Part shown: positions 50,915 to 62,488 of the stretch, piece by piece | Layout of the letters: the number at the start of each line of letters is the position of its first letter | How positions within the stretch are numbered: position 1 is the stretch's first letter | Source: Candidatus Dormiibacterota bacterium | GTDB taxonomy: Bacteria > Chloroflexota > Dormibacteria > Aeolococcales > Aeolococcaceae | Length of the DNA: 64,000 nt | NCBI GenBank assembly: GCA_963718525.1 | Contig: OY970355.1 | Coordinates: 1,664,001 to 1,728,000 of the forward strand | Reading direction: 5' to 3' | Made by a program: the position numbers and the translations under genes | The notes under the pieces: model-generated | Told to the model about the DNA's origin: nothing | The model's input: the letters and a program-made list of their open reading frames with translations, nothing else | Database searches by the model: none

Positions 50915-51496
50915 GTGACGTCCGAGGGAACGGCCCGACTCGGCCTCGACGAGGTTCGCGCCGGCAGCGTCTATGAGGCGGCGCGCGCAGACGCGCGCCG
51001 CGGTCTCGCCGAGTCGAAGGGCGTGCGGAGAGTTCGGCTCAGCGACACCCTCGCCCTGGTCTTCGAGAACCGCGCCACCATCCGTTCCATCCTCGAGGAG
51101 ACGCTGCGCACCGAACGGGTTGACGATCCGGATCGGATCGCCGGCGAGATCGCGGCGTTCAATGCGGTCGTGCCCGAGCCCGGTCAGCTCGGAGCGCTGC
51201 TCTTCCTCGAGGTGGCCGACCCCGCCGACCTCGCGGCGGCCGCGTCAGATCTGGAGCGCGTCGAGCACTGCATCTTCGTCGAGGTCGCCGGAAGCAGGAC
51301 TCGGGGGATCCCCGAGGCGGTGGCACCTCCCGGGGAGAGCGCGCCCGCCCACTTCATGCGCTTCAGCCTCGACCCCGAGCAGCGGGCGGCCATCCTGAGC
51401 GGGTCGCCCATCATCGTGGGCGCCGAGCATCCCAGCCTGAGCGTGAGCGTCGCCCTCGACAACGCCCAGCGCCACGCGATCGCGGCGGACCTGTAA
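50915..51496 (+). CDS. DUF3501-like protein
   Basis: GGAGGT SD before GTG 50915; YEAAR...K..RRV.L...LVFENR.T...EIAAFN..VP pattern. Confidence 0.75.
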   Translation: MTSEGTARLGLDEVRAGSVYEAARADARRGLAESKGVRRVRLSDTLALVFENRATIRSILEETLRTERVDDPDRIAGEIAAFNAVVPEPGQLGALLFLEVADPADLAAAASDLERVEHCIFVEVAGSRTRGIPEAVAPPGESAPAHFMRFSLDPEQRAAILSGSPIIVGAEHPSLSVSVALDNAQRHAIAADL

Positions 51497-51512
51497 CCCT
51501 AAGCTCGCCGCC

Positions 51513-52622
51513 TCACCCGCGAACGCTGCTGCTGACCGCAACCTCCCGGTACACGGCTGCGGTCATCGCCGCAGTGTGCTCCCACGTGTAGCCGGACGCC
51601 CGGTCGGCTCCCGCGTGACGCATGCGCGCCGCTCGGACCGGTTCCGTGAGCACCGATTCGATGCCCTGGGCCAGCGCATCGGGATCGCCGGCCGGGACGA
51701 GAACGGCGACGTCAAGCGTCAGCTGGGGGAGATTGCCGACCGCGGTGGCCACCAGCGGCGCCGCGCACGCCATCGCCTCGAGCGCGGTCAGTCCGAAGCC
51801 TTCGTGCATCGAGGGCAGCACGACGGCCGCGGCCTGCCGGTACAGCGACGCCAGGTCGGTGTCCTCGACCGCTCCGCAGAGGACCAGGCGCACGTGCCGC
51901 CGCCAGGCTTCGGCGGCGATGCGGTCGGCCTCCGGGCCCAGCGCGCCGGCGAGGGCAAGCACGGGCCCGCCGCCGGGATGCCGCTCCATCGCCTCGAGGA
52001 GGGTGTCGAGCCCCTTGCGTGGGTCGCGTGAACGCAGGCTGCCCACCCAGAGCACGAACGGCTCGTCGAGACCCAGTGCCTCGGCCGTTCGCGCATCGCG
52101 TAGCTTCGGCCGCGATGAGAACACCGGACCGACCCCGAGCGGGGTCACGTGGATCCGGCCGGGGTCGAGGCCGAGGGCTGCGATCGCCTCGCGACGCGTG
52201 CTCTCACTCACCGCGATGATCGCGGCGCACGACCGGAGTGCCGCGGCGAGCACCGCCGCATAGACGCGGCGGCCCACTCCAGAGGCGCCCGGAGAGACCG
52301 CGCTTCGCCACATCTCGACGTCGTGCAGCGTGACGACCTGGCGAGACATCGGGAAGCCGATGACCGGTTCCCCGCCGAGGCCGTGCACAAGGTGCGGGTG
52401 CCGGGCGATCGCGTCCGAGAGCACGTGCGGCTGGGCGCGCAAAAACCGTGCGGGGCGTGCCTCACTCCATGGTGGCGACGCCGGGACCGAGGGGGTCACC
52501 TCAAGGTCCCGGACGGATCGCAGCGCGTCGATCAGCTGGCTCGCGTACCGGCCGATACCGGCGTCCCGGCGGCCGTCTCCGAGGCAGCTCGCCTCGAGCA
52601 TGACGCGAAGAGGTCTCGGCAT
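51513..52622 (-). CDS. Glycosyltransferase family 4 (GT-B)
   Basis: GIGRY, VVTLHD, IIAVSE.T, RKGL and [17 protein letters not shown] motifs. Confidence 0.9.
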   Translation of the reverse strand: MPRPLRVMLEASCLGDGRRDAGIGRYASQLIDALRSVRDLEVTPSVPASPPWSEARPARFLRAQPHVLSDAIARHPHLVHGLGGEPVIGFPMSRQVVTLHDVEMWRSAVSPGASGVGRRVYAAVLAAALRSCAAIIAVSESTRREAIAALGLDPGRIHVTPLGVGPVFSSRPKLRDARTAEALGLDEPFVLWVGSLRSRDPRKGLDTLLEAMERHPGGGPVLALAGALGPEADRIAAEAWRRHVRLVLCGAVEDTDLASLYRQAAAVVLPSMHEGFGLTALEAMACAAPLVATAVGNLPQLTLDVAVLVPAGDPDALAQGIESVLTEPVRAARMRHAGADRASGYTWEHTAAMTAAVYREVAVSSSVRG

Positions 52623-52673
52623 CGAGGCTTTGTAGCAGGCTCGGCGCTCGGCACCGCTGGCACAATGGATTTG

Positions 52674-54842
52674 ATGCCGAACTCCCGTTCCGTCATGCCG
52701 TTCACCGCCCTGGTCGGTCAGGATGCGATGAAGACCGCGCTGGTCCTCAACGCCATCAACCCGGGGATCGGTGGCGTGCTCATCCGGGGTCAGCGGGGCA
52801 CCGCCAAGTCCACTGCCGTGCGGGCGCTCGCGCGCCTGCTCCCGGAGATCGACGTGATCGCCGGGTGTCGCTATCGGTGCGATCCGGAGGCACCGGCCAC
52901 CTGGTGCGACGACTGTCGCGCCCGTGCCGACGCCGGAATCGCCCCGGTGGTGGAGCGCCGTCGGATGCGCGTCGTGGAACTGCCCGTCAATGCGTCCGAG
53001 GATCGCGTCGTCGGCACCATCGATACCGAGGCCGCGATCAAGCTCGGCGAACGCCGCTTTGAGCCGGGGCTGCTGGCGGACGCCAACCGCGGGATCCTCT
53101 ACGTCGACGAGGTCAATCTTCTCGACGATCACATCGTCGACGTCCTCCTCGACGCCGCCGCGATGGGGTGGAACGTCGTGGAACGCGAGGGCATCTCCTT
53201 CTCGCACCCATCGCGCTTCATCCTCGTCGGAACGATGAATCCGGAGGAGGGGGATCTTCGCCCCCAGCTCCTGGATCGCTTCGGTCTCTGCGTCGACATC
53301 ACCGGGCTCCGGGACGTCGACGAGCGCGTGCGCATCATGGAGCGCGATTCGCGCCGCAACCAGGACGGAGTCGCGCTCGAGAGCGAGTTCCTCACCAGTG
53401 AGGATCACCTCAAGGCGGTCATCCAGGAGGCGAAACGCCTGCTCCCGCGCGTGGAGATCCCCCCGACCATCGGCTGGTTCATCGCCCTGGTCTGCATCGA
53501 CGCCGGTGCGCTAGGGCACCGCGCCGACATCGTCGTGAGCAGCGCCGCGCGGACCGCGAGGGCGTGGGAGGAAGCCGAGAAGCTGGTCCGGGCACGCACC
53601 GCCGGACTGCCGGCCCAAGCTGCCGACCGCCTGGTGGTTACCACCGCGGACGCCACCACCGCGGCCGAGCTGGCCCTCGCGCACCGGAGGCGCAGCCGCC
53701 AGGACGGCGTGTCGCAGCCCGGGGGAGCTTCGGCCGAACGGGCCAGGGAGCGGTTCGAGGAGATCGCCAAGGAGGCCGAGGCTGCGGTCGTGTCCGAGCA
53801 GACCGCGGAGTTGGGCGACCAGCCTCCGGATGACTCCGGCAGTGGCGAGGAGGGGGAGAGCCCGGGGCAGGTGCAGGGGAGCGACCAGGCCACCCAGGCG
53901 GTGACCCGCCGAAGCGCGGAGCAGCTCTTCGAGGGCGAGATCTTCCCGGTCCGCAAGATCGCCCTGCCCCGTGATCGCCGCAGCCGGGCGACCACGGGCA
54001 AGCGGAGCTCATCGCAGAGCAGCGACAAGCGTGGTCGCTACGTTCGGGCGACCCAGACCGAGAAGACCACCGACATCGCGTTCGACGCCACCATGCGCGC
54101 GGCAGCTCCGCACCAGATCCGTCGCCGGGCTGAGGAGCCCGCCGGCCGGGTTGGGCCGGCGCTCCACCTCGAGCGCCAGGATCTCCGCCAGAAGGTCCGT
54201 CGCCGCCGCACCGGGACGCTCATCGTGTTCGTCGTCGATGCGAGCGCGTCGATGGATGCCGAGCAGCGCATGCAGGCCACCAAGGGTGCCGTGCTCTCGT
54301 TGCTGCGCGATGCGTATCTGCGCCGCGACAAGGTGTCGCTCGTGGTCTTTTCCGGGCGGGCTGCGCGTGTCGTGCTCCAGCCGACCGCGTCGGTGGACCT
54401 GGCCGAGCAGCGGTTGCAGCGTCTCACCGTCGGCGGCACGACACCGCTGACCCATGGGCTGGTCGCGGGGCTGCGGATCGTGCGCACCGAGCGGTTGCGC
54501 GACCCCACCGTCTATCCCCTGGTCGTGCTGATCAGCGACGGCCGCGGCAACATCTCGCTCTTCGGTGAGGAACCGCTCGTCGAGGCGCAGCGTGTCGCAG
54601 AACAGCTCGGTGCCGACGGCGTGCACATGCTGGTCATCAACTCGGCGCGCGATCACACCACGCGGCCGATGCCGCGCGTCGGAGGCCACAGCCGGCCGCC
54701 CCTCTTCGGAGGTTATGGATTCAACGCCTGCCGTGACCTCGCAGACCGCGCCGGCGGCGAATATCTCGGGCTCTACGACCTCTCCCAGGGCGCCATCGTC
54801 GAGGGCGTCGAGAAGTCGCTTCGAGGTCGCATGACACAATGA
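52674..54842 (+). CDS. ChlD/BchD-like AAA+ ATPase with acidic linker and vWA domain
   Basis: [25 protein letters not shown] and PQLLDRFG; an acidic linker; v[10 protein letters not shown]...GGTTPL...ISDG. Confidence 0.9.
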   Translation: MPNSRSVMPFTALVGQDAMKTALVLNAINPGIGGVLIRGQRGTAKSTAVRALARLLPEIDVIAGCRYRCDPEAPATWCDDCRARADAGIAPVVERRRMRVVELPVNASEDRVVGTIDTEAAIKLGERRFEPGLLADANRGILYVDEVNLLDDHIVDVLLDAAAMGWNVVEREGISFSHPSRFILVGTMNPEEGDLRPQLLDRFGLCVDITGLRDVDERVRIMERDSRRNQDGVALESEFLTSEDHLKAVIQEAKRLLPRVEIPPTIGWFIALVCIDAGALGHRADIVVSSAARTARAWEEAEKLVRARTAGLPAQAADRLVVTTADATTAAELALAHRRRSRQDGVSQPGGASAERARERFEEIAKEAEAAVVSEQTAELGDQPPDDSGSGEEGESPGQVQGSDQATQAVTRRSAEQLFEGEIFPVRKIALPRDRRSRATTGKRSSSQSSDKRGRYVRATQTEKTTDIAFDATMRAAAPHQIRRRAEEPAGRVGPALHLERQDLRQKVRRRRTGTLIVFVVDASASMDAEQRMQATKGAVLSLLRDAYLRRDKVSLVVFSGRAARVVLQPTASVDLAEQRLQRLTVGGTTPLTHGLVAGLRIVRTERLRDPTVYPLVVLISDGRGNISLFGEEPLVEAQRVAEQLGADGVHMLVINSARDHTTRPMPRVGGHSRPPLFGGYGFNACRDLADRAGGEYLGLYDLSQGAIVEGVEKSLRGRMTQ

Positions 54843-55903
54843 ATGCGATGCAGACAGGCAGAAGCGTGTTCCCCTTCACCGCGATCGTCGGGCAGGACCT
54901 GATGAAACAGGCTCTGATTCTCAACGCGATCAACCCCGCGATCGGCGGCGTGCTGATTCGCGGTGAGAAGGGCACCGCGAAGTCGACCGCGGTCCGCTCG
55001 CTGACGAAACTGCTGCCGGGGCTTGACGTCGTGGCCGACTGCCGCTACGGATGCCCGCCGGATGATGCCGATCTGCAATGCATGGAATGCACCGAGCGCG
55101 TGGTGGGTGGCGAGACGCTGCCGCGCGGGCGCCGCCGCATGCGCGTCGTGGAACTGCCGATCAATGCGTCCGAGGATCGCGTCGTTGGCGCGATCGACAT
55201 CGAGGCTGCCATCAAGCGCGGTGAGAAGGAATTCGAGCCCGGCGTGCTCGCCGAGGCGAACCGCAACATCCTCTACGTCGACGAGGTGAACCTGCTCGAC
55301 GACCACATCGTCGACGTGCTCCTTGACGCAGCCGCGATGGGTCAGAACACCGTCGAGCGCGAGGGAGTGTCGGTGTCGCACCCGTCGCGGTTCATCCTCG
55401 TGGGCACCATGAACCCCGAGGAGGGCGAGCTTCGTCCCCAGCTGCTCGACCGTTTTGGCCTGTGCGTCGATGTCGAGGGCATTCGCGATGTGCGCCAGCG
55501 CGTCGAGATCGTCGAGCGGCGCGAGGCGTTTGAGGAGGATCCCGCCGCGTTCGCGGCGCGATTCGAGCCCGCCGAACACGCGGAAGCCGAGCGCATCGCC
55601 CGGGCAATGTCGATGCTCTCCGACGTTGTGGTGGATCGCAACATTCTCGTGGCCATCGCCGCGCTCAGCATCGAGCTCGAGGTTGACGGCCACCGCGCCG
55701 ACATCGTCATGCGCAAGGCGGCGCAAGCTCTCGCCGCGCACGAGGATCGTTCGGCGGTCGCCATCGACGACGTGGAGCATGTTGCACCGATGGTGCTGGC
55801 GCATCGCGTCAAGCCCGGCCTCTCGGGAAGCCGCCGCGGATTGACGGATCTCGCGGAGATCCTGCGCACCGCGCACGACGGCGACGGCGCGCTGCAAAAC
55901 TAG
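54839..55903 (+). CDS. ChlI/BchI-like AAA+ ATPase
   Basis: [45 protein letters not shown] and DGHRADI motifs. Confidence 0.92.
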   Translation: MNAMQTGRSVFPFTAIVGQDLMKQALILNAINPAIGGVLIRGEKGTAKSTAVRSLTKLLPGLDVVADCRYGCPPDDADLQCMECTERVVGGETLPRGRRRMRVVELPINASEDRVVGAIDIEAAIKRGEKEFEPGVLAEANRNILYVDEVNLLDDHIVDVLLDAAAMGQNTVEREGVSVSHPSRFILVGTMNPEEGELRPQLLDRFGLCVDVEGIRDVRQRVEIVERREAFEEDPAAFAARFEPAEHAEAERIARAMSMLSDVVVDRNILVAIAALSIELEVDGHRADIVMRKAAQALAAHEDRSAVAIDDVEHVAPMVLAHRVKPGLSGSRRGLTDLAEILRTAHDGDGALQN

Positions 55904-55921
55904 TACTCCCCTCCGTGATGC

Positions 55922-57724
55922 ATGCGTCTTGACCGGATCCGCAACTTCAGCATCATCGCGCACATCGATCACGGCAAGTCAACTCTTGCGGATCGGCTGC
56001 TCGAGGCGACCGGGACCGTTGCCCTGCGCGATATGCAGGATCAGGTGCTCGACCAGCTCGACCTCGAACGCGAGCGCGGCATCACCATCAAGGCACAGGC
56101 GGTGCGACTCGCATACACGGCGTCGGACGGGATCACATACGAGCTGAATCTCATCGACACGCCCGGGCACGTCGATTTTGCGTACGAGGTGTCGCGGTCA
56201 CTCGCCGCCTGCGAAGGTGCGTTGCTGGTGGTCGACGCGACCCAGGGTGTCGAGGCCCAGACGCTCGCCAACGTGTACCAGGCGCTCGAGAATCACCTGG
56301 AGATCATCCCCGTCATCAACAAGATCGACCTCGCCAACGCGGACCCGGAGCTGGTCCGTCGCGAGATCGAGGAGGTCATCGGCATCCCCGCCGACGGCGC
56401 CATCCTCACCAGCGCACGCCAGGGGATCGGCATCGACCTGGTGCTCGAGGCGATCGTCAAGCAGGTGCCACCGCCCACAGGCGATCCCGACGGACCATTG
56501 CGTGCACTCATCTTCGACGCCAAATACGATGCGTACCGCGGCGTCGTCGTCTACGTTCGCATCGTCGACGGTCACATCGCCGGGGGCATGCGCATCCGGA
56601 TGATGAACAACCGGAGCGAGTTCGTCGTCGACGAAGTTGGAGTCTTCGCACCGGCGATGTCGCCGGTCGGTGAGCTTGCGTGCGGTGAGGTCGGCTATTT
56701 CATCGCGTCCATCAAGAACGTTCGCGACAGCAAGGTGGGCGACACCGTGACCGACGCCGCCCATCCGACCACCCATCCGCTGCCGGGATACCGGGCGGTC
56801 ACTCCGATGGTCTATGCGGGCATCTTCCCGGTCGATTCCGACGACGTCACCGACCTCAAGGAGGCGCTGCAGCGGCTCAACCTCAACGACGCCTCATTGA
56901 TCTTCGAGCCTGAGTCGTCAGCGGCGCTCGGATTCGGGTTTCGCTGCGGCTTCCTGGGCCTGCTGCACATGGAGATCGTGCAGGAGCGCCTGGAGCGGGA
57001 GTTCAACCTTTCGCTGATCACCACCGCGCCGACTGTCGAGTACCGAGTCCGACTTCGATCCGGCGAGGTGATCGCGATCGACAACCCGGAGATGCTGCCC
57101 GACGCGTCGAACATCGAGGCGATCGAGGAACCACGGACGAAGGCGACGATCATCGTGCCGAGCACGTACGTGGGCGCGATCATGGAGCTGTGCCAGGAGC
57201 GCCGCGGGGAGTTCCAGCACATGGACTACCAGCCGGGTGATCGAGTCGCGCTCACCTACGATCTACCGCTCGGCGAGATCATCCACGACTTCTACGACCA
57301 GCTCAAGTCGCGCAGCCGCGGGTACGCGTCGCTCGACTATGAGATCACCGGCTTCCGCGCCGAGTCACTGGTCAAGCTCGACATCCTCGTCGGCGGGCAG
57401 CGCGTCGACGCGCTGAGCATGATCGTCCACCGCGACCGGGCGAACGCGCACGGCCGCAAGCTGGCCGAGCGGCTTCGCAAGCTGATCCCCCGTCAGCTCT
57501 TCGAAGTCCCCATACAGGCAGCCATCGGTGGCAAGATCGTCGCCCGTGAGACCGTTTCAGCGATGCGCAAGGATGTGCTTGCAAAGTGCTACGGCGGGGA
57601 CATCACGCGGAAGCGCAAGCTGCTCGAGAAGCAGCGCGAGGGCAAGCGCCGCATGAAACGGGTGGGCAACGTGGAAATTCCCCAGGAGGCATTCATGGCT
57701 GTGCTGAAGATGGACGAGCAGTAG
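55922..57724 (+). CDS. lepA: Elongation factor 4
   Basis: [31 protein letters not shown] and [14 protein letters not shown] motifs. Confidence 0.98.
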   Translation: MRLDRIRNFSIIAHIDHGKSTLADRLLEATGTVALRDMQDQVLDQLDLERERGITIKAQAVRLAYTASDGITYELNLIDTPGHVDFAYEVSRSLAACEGALLVVDATQGVEAQTLANVYQALENHLEIIPVINKIDLANADPELVRREIEEVIGIPADGAILTSARQGIGIDLVLEAIVKQVPPPTGDPDGPLRALIFDAKYDAYRGVVVYVRIVDGHIAGGMRIRMMNNRSEFVVDEVGVFAPAMSPVGELACGEVGYFIASIKNVRDSKVGDTVTDAAHPTTHPLPGYRAVTPMVYAGIFPVDSDDVTDLKEALQRLNLNDASLIFEPESSAALGFGFRCGFLGLLHMEIVQERLEREFNLSLITTAPTVEYRVRLRSGEVIAIDNPEMLPDASNIEAIEEPRTKATIIVPSTYVGAIMELCQERRGEFQHMDYQPGDRVALTYDLPLGEIIHDFYDQLKSRSRGYASLDYEITGFRAESLVKLDILVGGQRVDALSMIVHRDRANAHGRKLAERLRKLIPRQLFEVPIQAAIGGKIVARETVSAMRKDVLAKCYGGDITRKRKLLEKQREGKRRMKRVGNVEIPQEAFMAVLKMDEQ

Positions 57725-57735
57725 GTGGACGTCTG

Positions 57736-58521
57736 ATGCCACGGCCGAACCCACCCCGGAAACGTCCGCGCCGGCGCCCCGATTCCGTCGAACGGTCGGC
57801 GCGCGCGGAGGTCTCGCTCACCAAGCAGACCGCCCAGGTCAAGGAGAAGAACGGCTCCGACGGCAAGCAGTCGAACGCGAAATCGCAACCCGCTGCCAAG
57901 GGCCGTCCGGCGGCCAAAGGCGGCGCCGCGGCGCGCGCGCGGCGCATCGACGAACCGTTCGTTCCCTGGGCCAAACGCTCCTATCTCGTTCTGATCGCGC
58001 TGCTCTTCGTCGCCGAGATGGTGGTCGGTTCGGCAGCATATTTCACGCTCGCGACTCCGAGGCCGTCGTTCGGTCTCTATGTGCTCGGGGTCACCTACAA
58101 CCCGCTGGTACCGGTCGCCGCAGCACTCGTCGCCGCGCCGCTCGCGAAGTTCATCACCAAGGAGCCGCGCTCGCTTCGCTTCATGGAGTCGGTGATGGCG
58201 GGGATCATGCAGTACTTCGTCTGGCTGGCCCTGTTCGTCGCGCTCACCTTCGTGATCGGCGGCTTCGCATCGACCAAGACCACAGCGGCGACGGTCTCCA
58301 CGCCGGCCGCGGTGACCGGGCTGATCGTGATCGGGATCCTCAGCTACGTGGGCACGTTCTACCTGTATCCGGCGCTCTACAAGTTCATGCGCCGGCGGCC
58401 ACCGCCGCGACCCGCCAAGACGGCGAAGCCGGAGCCGGCCAAGCCGACCTCGAAATCCATCGTCGACCGGATGGACGAGGCGTCGGCGCGCGACTCGCAG
58501 GCAAAGGACTCGACATCCTGA
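57736..58521 (+). CDS. Hypothetical 4-TM membrane protein with basic disordered termini
   Basis: ATG 57736; four hydrophobic segments with K/R/P-rich ends. Confidence 0.7.
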   Translation: MPRPNPPRKRPRRRPDSVERSARAEVSLTKQTAQVKEKNGSDGKQSNAKSQPAAKGRPAAKGGAAARARRIDEPFVPWAKRSYLVLIALLFVAEMVVGSAAYFTLATPRPSFGLYVLGVTYNPLVPVAAALVAAPLAKFITKEPRSLRFMESVMAGIMQYFVWLALFVALTFVIGGFASTKTTAATVSTPAAVTGLIVIGILSYVGTFYLYPALYKFMRRRPPPRPAKTAKPEPAKPTSKSIVDRMDEASARDSQAKDSTS

Positions 58522-58538
58522 CCACGACGTTCGACGAC

Positions 58539-59692
58539 GTGCGCTCGTTATACCTGCACATCCCGTTCTGCGAGCGGAAGTGCGAGTACTGCGACTTCAC
58601 GAGCGTCGCCGGCGCCACCGGGTCGGTCGCGTACATGGATGCCCTGCGCACCGAGGTGCGCCGTCTCGGCGAGCGCCTCGGCAGGCTGACCCTCGACACC
58701 GTGTTCATCGGGGGCGGAACGCCATCCCTGGTCGAACCGGAACTGATCGCAGACCTGGTGGCAACCGTTCGCAGCACGTTCTCGGTCGCCGGCGGCGCCG
58801 AGGTGACCATGGAAGCCAACCCATCGAGCATCACCAGCGCCCGCGCACGCGTGTGGAAGGTTGCCGGGGTCAACCGGGTCAGCATCGGCGTGCAGAGTTC
58901 GAGGCCGACGCGCTGCGGTTCCTTGGACGAGTTCATGACGCCGGCCGCGCCATCGAGGCGATCGCCGAGGTGCGCGGGGCGGGCTTCACCTCGATCAACT
59001 GCGACCTGATCTACGCCGTCCCGGGCGTCGGGGACGTCCGCTGGCAGCGCACCCTCGAGCGTGTGGTTGCGGCGGGGCCGACCCATGTCTCGTGCTACGA
59101 ACTGACCGTGGAGCCCGGGACGCCGCTGCACACCCGCGTGCGACGCGGGCTCGTCAGACCCGTCGAGAGCGCCCGTTCGATGCGCCAGCACCGTATCGCC
59201 GTCGACCTGCTCGAACATGCCGGCTACGACCAGTACGAGGTCAGCAACTTCGCCCTCCCGGGCGAGGAGTGCCGCCACAACCTCGTCTACTGGCACAACG
59301 GGTACTACGCGGCCGCGGGTGTCGGGGCCCATGGCCACCTTCCGGCGGCCGCGGCTGCCGCGATCGGCCTCGACGTCGATCCGGGTGCGGTCTCGGTCCG
59401 CCACTGGCACGGGCGCGGTATCGCCGCCTACGGGCGCGCGATCCGGGCTGGAGAACTCTCCCTGGCCGGCTCGGAGACTGTCGGTCCCGAGATGCGCGAG
59501 GAGGAGCGGGTGATGCTCGGACTCCGCCTTCGCGAGGGGGTGAGCGTCGGCCCCTCGAGCCTAGACGAGGCCCGTTCCCTCGAGGGCCTCGGACTCGTGG
59601 CCATTGAGGGCGATCGCGTCCGAGCCACCGCCCGCGGCGAGGCGGTGCTCAACCAGGTCACGCTCCGCCTGGTGGGCGATCGCGCTGCCTAG
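58539..59692 (+). pseudogene. hemW: Radical SAM heme chaperone HemW (HemN-like), interrupted by a 1-nt deletion near 58897
   Basis: One frame gives LYLHIPFCERKCEYCDF...GGGTPS...NRVSIGVQS. A second frame continues FEADALRFLGRVH...YEVSNFA...HNLVYW. May be an assembly error. Confidence 0.8.
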
Positions 59693-59701
59693 CTGGTACG
59701 C

Positions 59702-59728
59702 TTAGCACTCAACACTGACGAGTGCTAA
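59702..59728. promoter_or_regulatory. CIRCE element (HrcA operator)
   Basis: Perfect TTAGCACTC-N9-GAGTGCTAA directly upstream of hrcA. Confidence 0.97.
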
Positions 59729-59772
59729 ACCGCTGGCGACCAGCCGCTACGCACCGTCCCCTCTGGCCAGAC

Positions 59773-60810
59773 GTGCAACATCCAGTTCCTCTCGATCAGC
59801 GCAAGCAGCAGATCCTCAAGGCCGTGGTTGCGGACTACACCCGCACCGGCGTGCCTGTCGGGTCGGCGTCCCTCGCCGTCCATCTCGCCACCTGGTCGTC
59901 GGCCACGATCCGCAACGAGCTGGCGACGCTCAGCGAGGTGGGCTATCTCATCCAGCCGCACACGTCGGCGGGACGCGTGCCGTCGGATCTGGGCTATCGC
60001 TACTACGTCGATTTCCTGATGGACGAGGAGGGCGTTCCGGCTGCGGTCCGCCGCCAGGTTGACCCGTACTTCGCGGTGATGCCCACCGGGGTCGAGGACA
60101 TCCTCGAGATCGCCGCGACCGCCCTCGCCCACGCCGCCGACGCCGTGAGCCTGGTCACCGCGCCGCGGGCGCTGGGCGTGCGCGTCAAGCACCTCGATCT
60201 CGTGAAGCTCAACGACACCCAGGCACTGCTCGTGCTCGTGCTCGAGGGCAACCTGGTTCGCCAGCAGGCGCTCAACCTGACCGCGCCCACCGACCAGACG
60301 GTGCTCAGCGCGATCGCCGCCGGGCTCAACGCCCTGGTCGTGGGGCTGAATGCTGCCGGGATGTCGAGACTGCCCGAGTCAGCCGGCGAGCATGCCGCGC
60401 TCGAGCGTGATCTGCTCATCCAGATCGTCGCGTTCATGACCGTCTGCGACGCTCAGCAGGACACCCTCATCATCCACGACGGCGTTCGCAACCTGCTCCG
60501 TCAACCCGAGTTCGGCGACGTCGAGCTGTTGCAGCAGGTCATCGAGGTGGTGGAGGAGGAGCGCATGCTCGCGGCGCTGCTCAGCGCGGCCGATCTCGAC
60601 CACGGCATCCAGATCATGATCGGCAGAGAGAGCGGTATGGCCGAGCTCTCGCGGTGCAGCCTGGTGCTCACCACGTACCGCGCCGGGGCGGAGCGCCGCG
60701 GCACGATCGGCGTGCTGGGCTCCACACGGATGGCGTACGCGCAGGTCGGGCCTCGGGTGCGATACGTGGCCCAGCGGATGGGACGAGCCGTCGGGCGTGC
60801 TTTGAGCTGA
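59773..60810 (+). CDS. hrcA: Heat-inducible transcription repressor
   Basis: RKQQILKAVV..Y..TGVPVGS, SSATIRNELA and QPHTSAGRVPSDLGYRYYVD motifs. Confidence 0.95.
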   Translation: MQHPVPLDQRKQQILKAVVADYTRTGVPVGSASLAVHLATWSSATIRNELATLSEVGYLIQPHTSAGRVPSDLGYRYYVDFLMDEEGVPAAVRRQVDPYFAVMPTGVEDILEIAATALAHAADAVSLVTAPRALGVRVKHLDLVKLNDTQALLVLVLEGNLVRQQALNLTAPTDQTVLSAIAAGLNALVVGLNAAGMSRLPESAGEHAALERDLLIQIVAFMTVCDAQQDTLIIHDGVRNLLRQPEFGDVELLQQVIEVVEEERMLAALLSAADLDHGIQIMIGRESGMAELSRCSLVLTTYRAGAERRGTIGVLGSTRMAYAQVGPRVRYVAQRMGRAVGRALS

Positions 60811-60829
60811 CCTTGGGCATAGTGAGCGG

Positions 60830-61351
60830 ATGACGACGGAAGAAGAGAACCCCAACGACGCGGGCGTCCCGGAGGAGCCCGAGCCGGAGGAGGCCGCCGT
60901 AAAGGAGCCGGACGAGCGTGACGCTCGCTACCTCCGCCTGGCCGCCGACTTCGAGAACTTCAAGCGCCGCAAGGGCCAGGAGCTCGCCGACGCGCGGCGC
61001 TATGAGAGCGAGGACGCCGCTGTCGCGTTGCTCCCGGTGCTCGACAACCTCCGCAGGGCCGTCGACCACGCGAGCGAGGCGGGTGCCGAGGAGTTCTTCG
61101 TGAGCGGCCTGCAGCTCGTGGTCCGCGAGTTCGAGACCGCCCTCGAGCGCCTCGGGGTCGTGCCCGTGCCCGCGGCCGGCGAGCGCTTCGACCCGACGAT
61201 CCACGATGCGATCGCGGCGGACGAGTTCGACGAGGTCGAGGAGGACACCGTCGCCGCCGAGCTCGTCCCCGGATATCGCCTGCACGACCGCCTGCTCCGG
61301 CCCGCGATCGTCCGCGTCGTCCGTCCCCGGACCCCCGCCGCCAACAGCTGA
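60830..61351 (+). CDS. grpE: Nucleotide exchange factor GrpE
   Basis: YLRLAADFENFKRR, LLPVLDNLRRA, FDPTIHDA and GYRLHDRLLRPA motifs. Confidence 0.95.
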   Translation: MTTEEENPNDAGVPEEPEPEEAAVKEPDERDARYLRLAADFENFKRRKGQELADARRYESEDAAVALLPVLDNLRRAVDHASEAGAEEFFVSGLQLVVREFETALERLGVVPVPAAGERFDPTIHDAIAADEFDEVEEDTVAAELVPGYRLHDRLLRPAIVRVVRPRTPAANS

Positions 61352-61354
61352 TCG

Positions 61355-62470
61355 ATGGCGACGATCAAGCGCGATTACTACGAGGTGCTCGGCGTTGCTC
61401 GCATGGCGACAGCGGAGGAGCTGAAGGCCGCGTATCGCAAGCTCGCGATGCAATACCACCCGGACCGCAACAACGGCGACAAGGGAGCGGAGGAGCAGTT
61501 CAAGGAGGTCGGTGAGGCGTACTCGGTGCTGAGCGACCCGCAGAAGCGGCAGCGCTACGACGCCTTTGGCCACGTTGGCGACGGCCCGCAGCCGGACTTC
61601 GGCAACTTCTCGTTCAACTCGGCCTTCGACCTCTTCGACATGTTCTTCGGCGGTGGCGGACGTCGCCGTGCGCACACCGGCCCACAGCGCGGTGACGACC
61701 TGCGCATGAACGTCGAGATCACGTTCGAGGAGGCGGTGTTCGGCGCCAAACGCACGGTCGAGGTGCCGCGGGCGACGCAGTGCACCGAGTGCAGCGGCTC
61801 GGGGGCCAAGCCGGGCACCAGCGCCACGCAGTGCGCGACGTGTTCCGGCAGCGGGCAGGTGCGCCGGACCATGCAGTCGATCTTCGGCCAGGTTGCCAGC
61901 GTCACACCGTGTCCGACGTGTCACGGTGAGGGACAGGTGATCGCCGACCCGTGTCCGGCGTGCCGCGGGCAGGGCCGCATCCAGGGCAGGCACACGGTCG
62001 AGGTCACCATCCCGGCGGGTGTGGACGACGATGTCACGCTGCGTCTCGTCGGTGAAGGGGAGCCGGGGCCGCGCGGCGGGCCGTCCGGGGATCTGTACCT
62101 GGGCTTCCGCGTCAAATCTCATCCCACCCTGGTCCGACGTGGCCAGGACCTGCTCTACGAGCTCCCCGTGTCGGTGCCGCAGGCGGTGCTCGGGGACACC
62201 ATCACCATCGCGACCGTCGACGGCGAACACCCGGTCGAGGTGCCTCCGGGCACGCAGCCGGGACGCCAGATCAAGGTCCACGGGATGGGGGTGCCGCACG
62301 TCCGTACCGGGCGACGCGGTGATCTCATCTGCGTCGTGCGCGTGGTCGTACCGAGCCATCTGTCGCACGAGGAGCGCACGCTGTACGAGCAGCTCGAAGG
62401 CCGCGGCGGCAAGCCGGCCGAGGTGAAGAAGGGCTTCTTCGACTCGCTGCGCGAGGCGTTCCGAGGCTGA
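61355..62470 (+). CDS. dnaJ: Chaperone DnaJ
   Basis: DYYEVLGV and HPD J-domain; four CxxCxGxG repeats. Confidence 0.96.
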   Translation: MATIKRDYYEVLGVARMATAEELKAAYRKLAMQYHPDRNNGDKGAEEQFKEVGEAYSVLSDPQKRQRYDAFGHVGDGPQPDFGNFSFNSAFDLFDMFFGGGGRRRAHTGPQRGDDLRMNVEITFEEAVFGAKRTVEVPRATQCTECSGSGAKPGTSATQCATCSGSGQVRRTMQSIFGQVASVTPCPTCHGEGQVIADPCPACRGQGRIQGRHTVEVTIPAGVDDDVTLRLVGEGEPGPRGGPSGDLYLGFRVKSHPTLVRRGQDLLYELPVSVPQAVLGDTITIATVDGEHPVEVPPGTQPGRQIKVHGMGVPHVRTGRRGDLICVVRVVVPSHLSHEERTLYEQLEGRGGKPAEVKKGFFDSLREAFRG

Positions 62471-62488
62471 GCCTGCGGCCGGGTCGCC

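Noticed and set aside
51513-53408. 631-aa GT ORF and 897-aa ChlD ORF overlapping head-to-head
   Set aside because: Artefact of longest-ORF calling. The plausible starts are 52622 (-) and 52674 (+), with a short divergent promoter region between them.
53700-53950. Programmed frameshift in the chlD-like linker
   Set aside because: The ORF is continuous through the linker, no poly-A slippery run is present, and a separate chlI-like gene follows.
52674-55903. Evidence of photosynthesis (Mg-chelatase)
   Set aside because: No chlH/bchH or photosynthetic genes in the window, and ChlI/D-like pairs are common in non-phototrophs.
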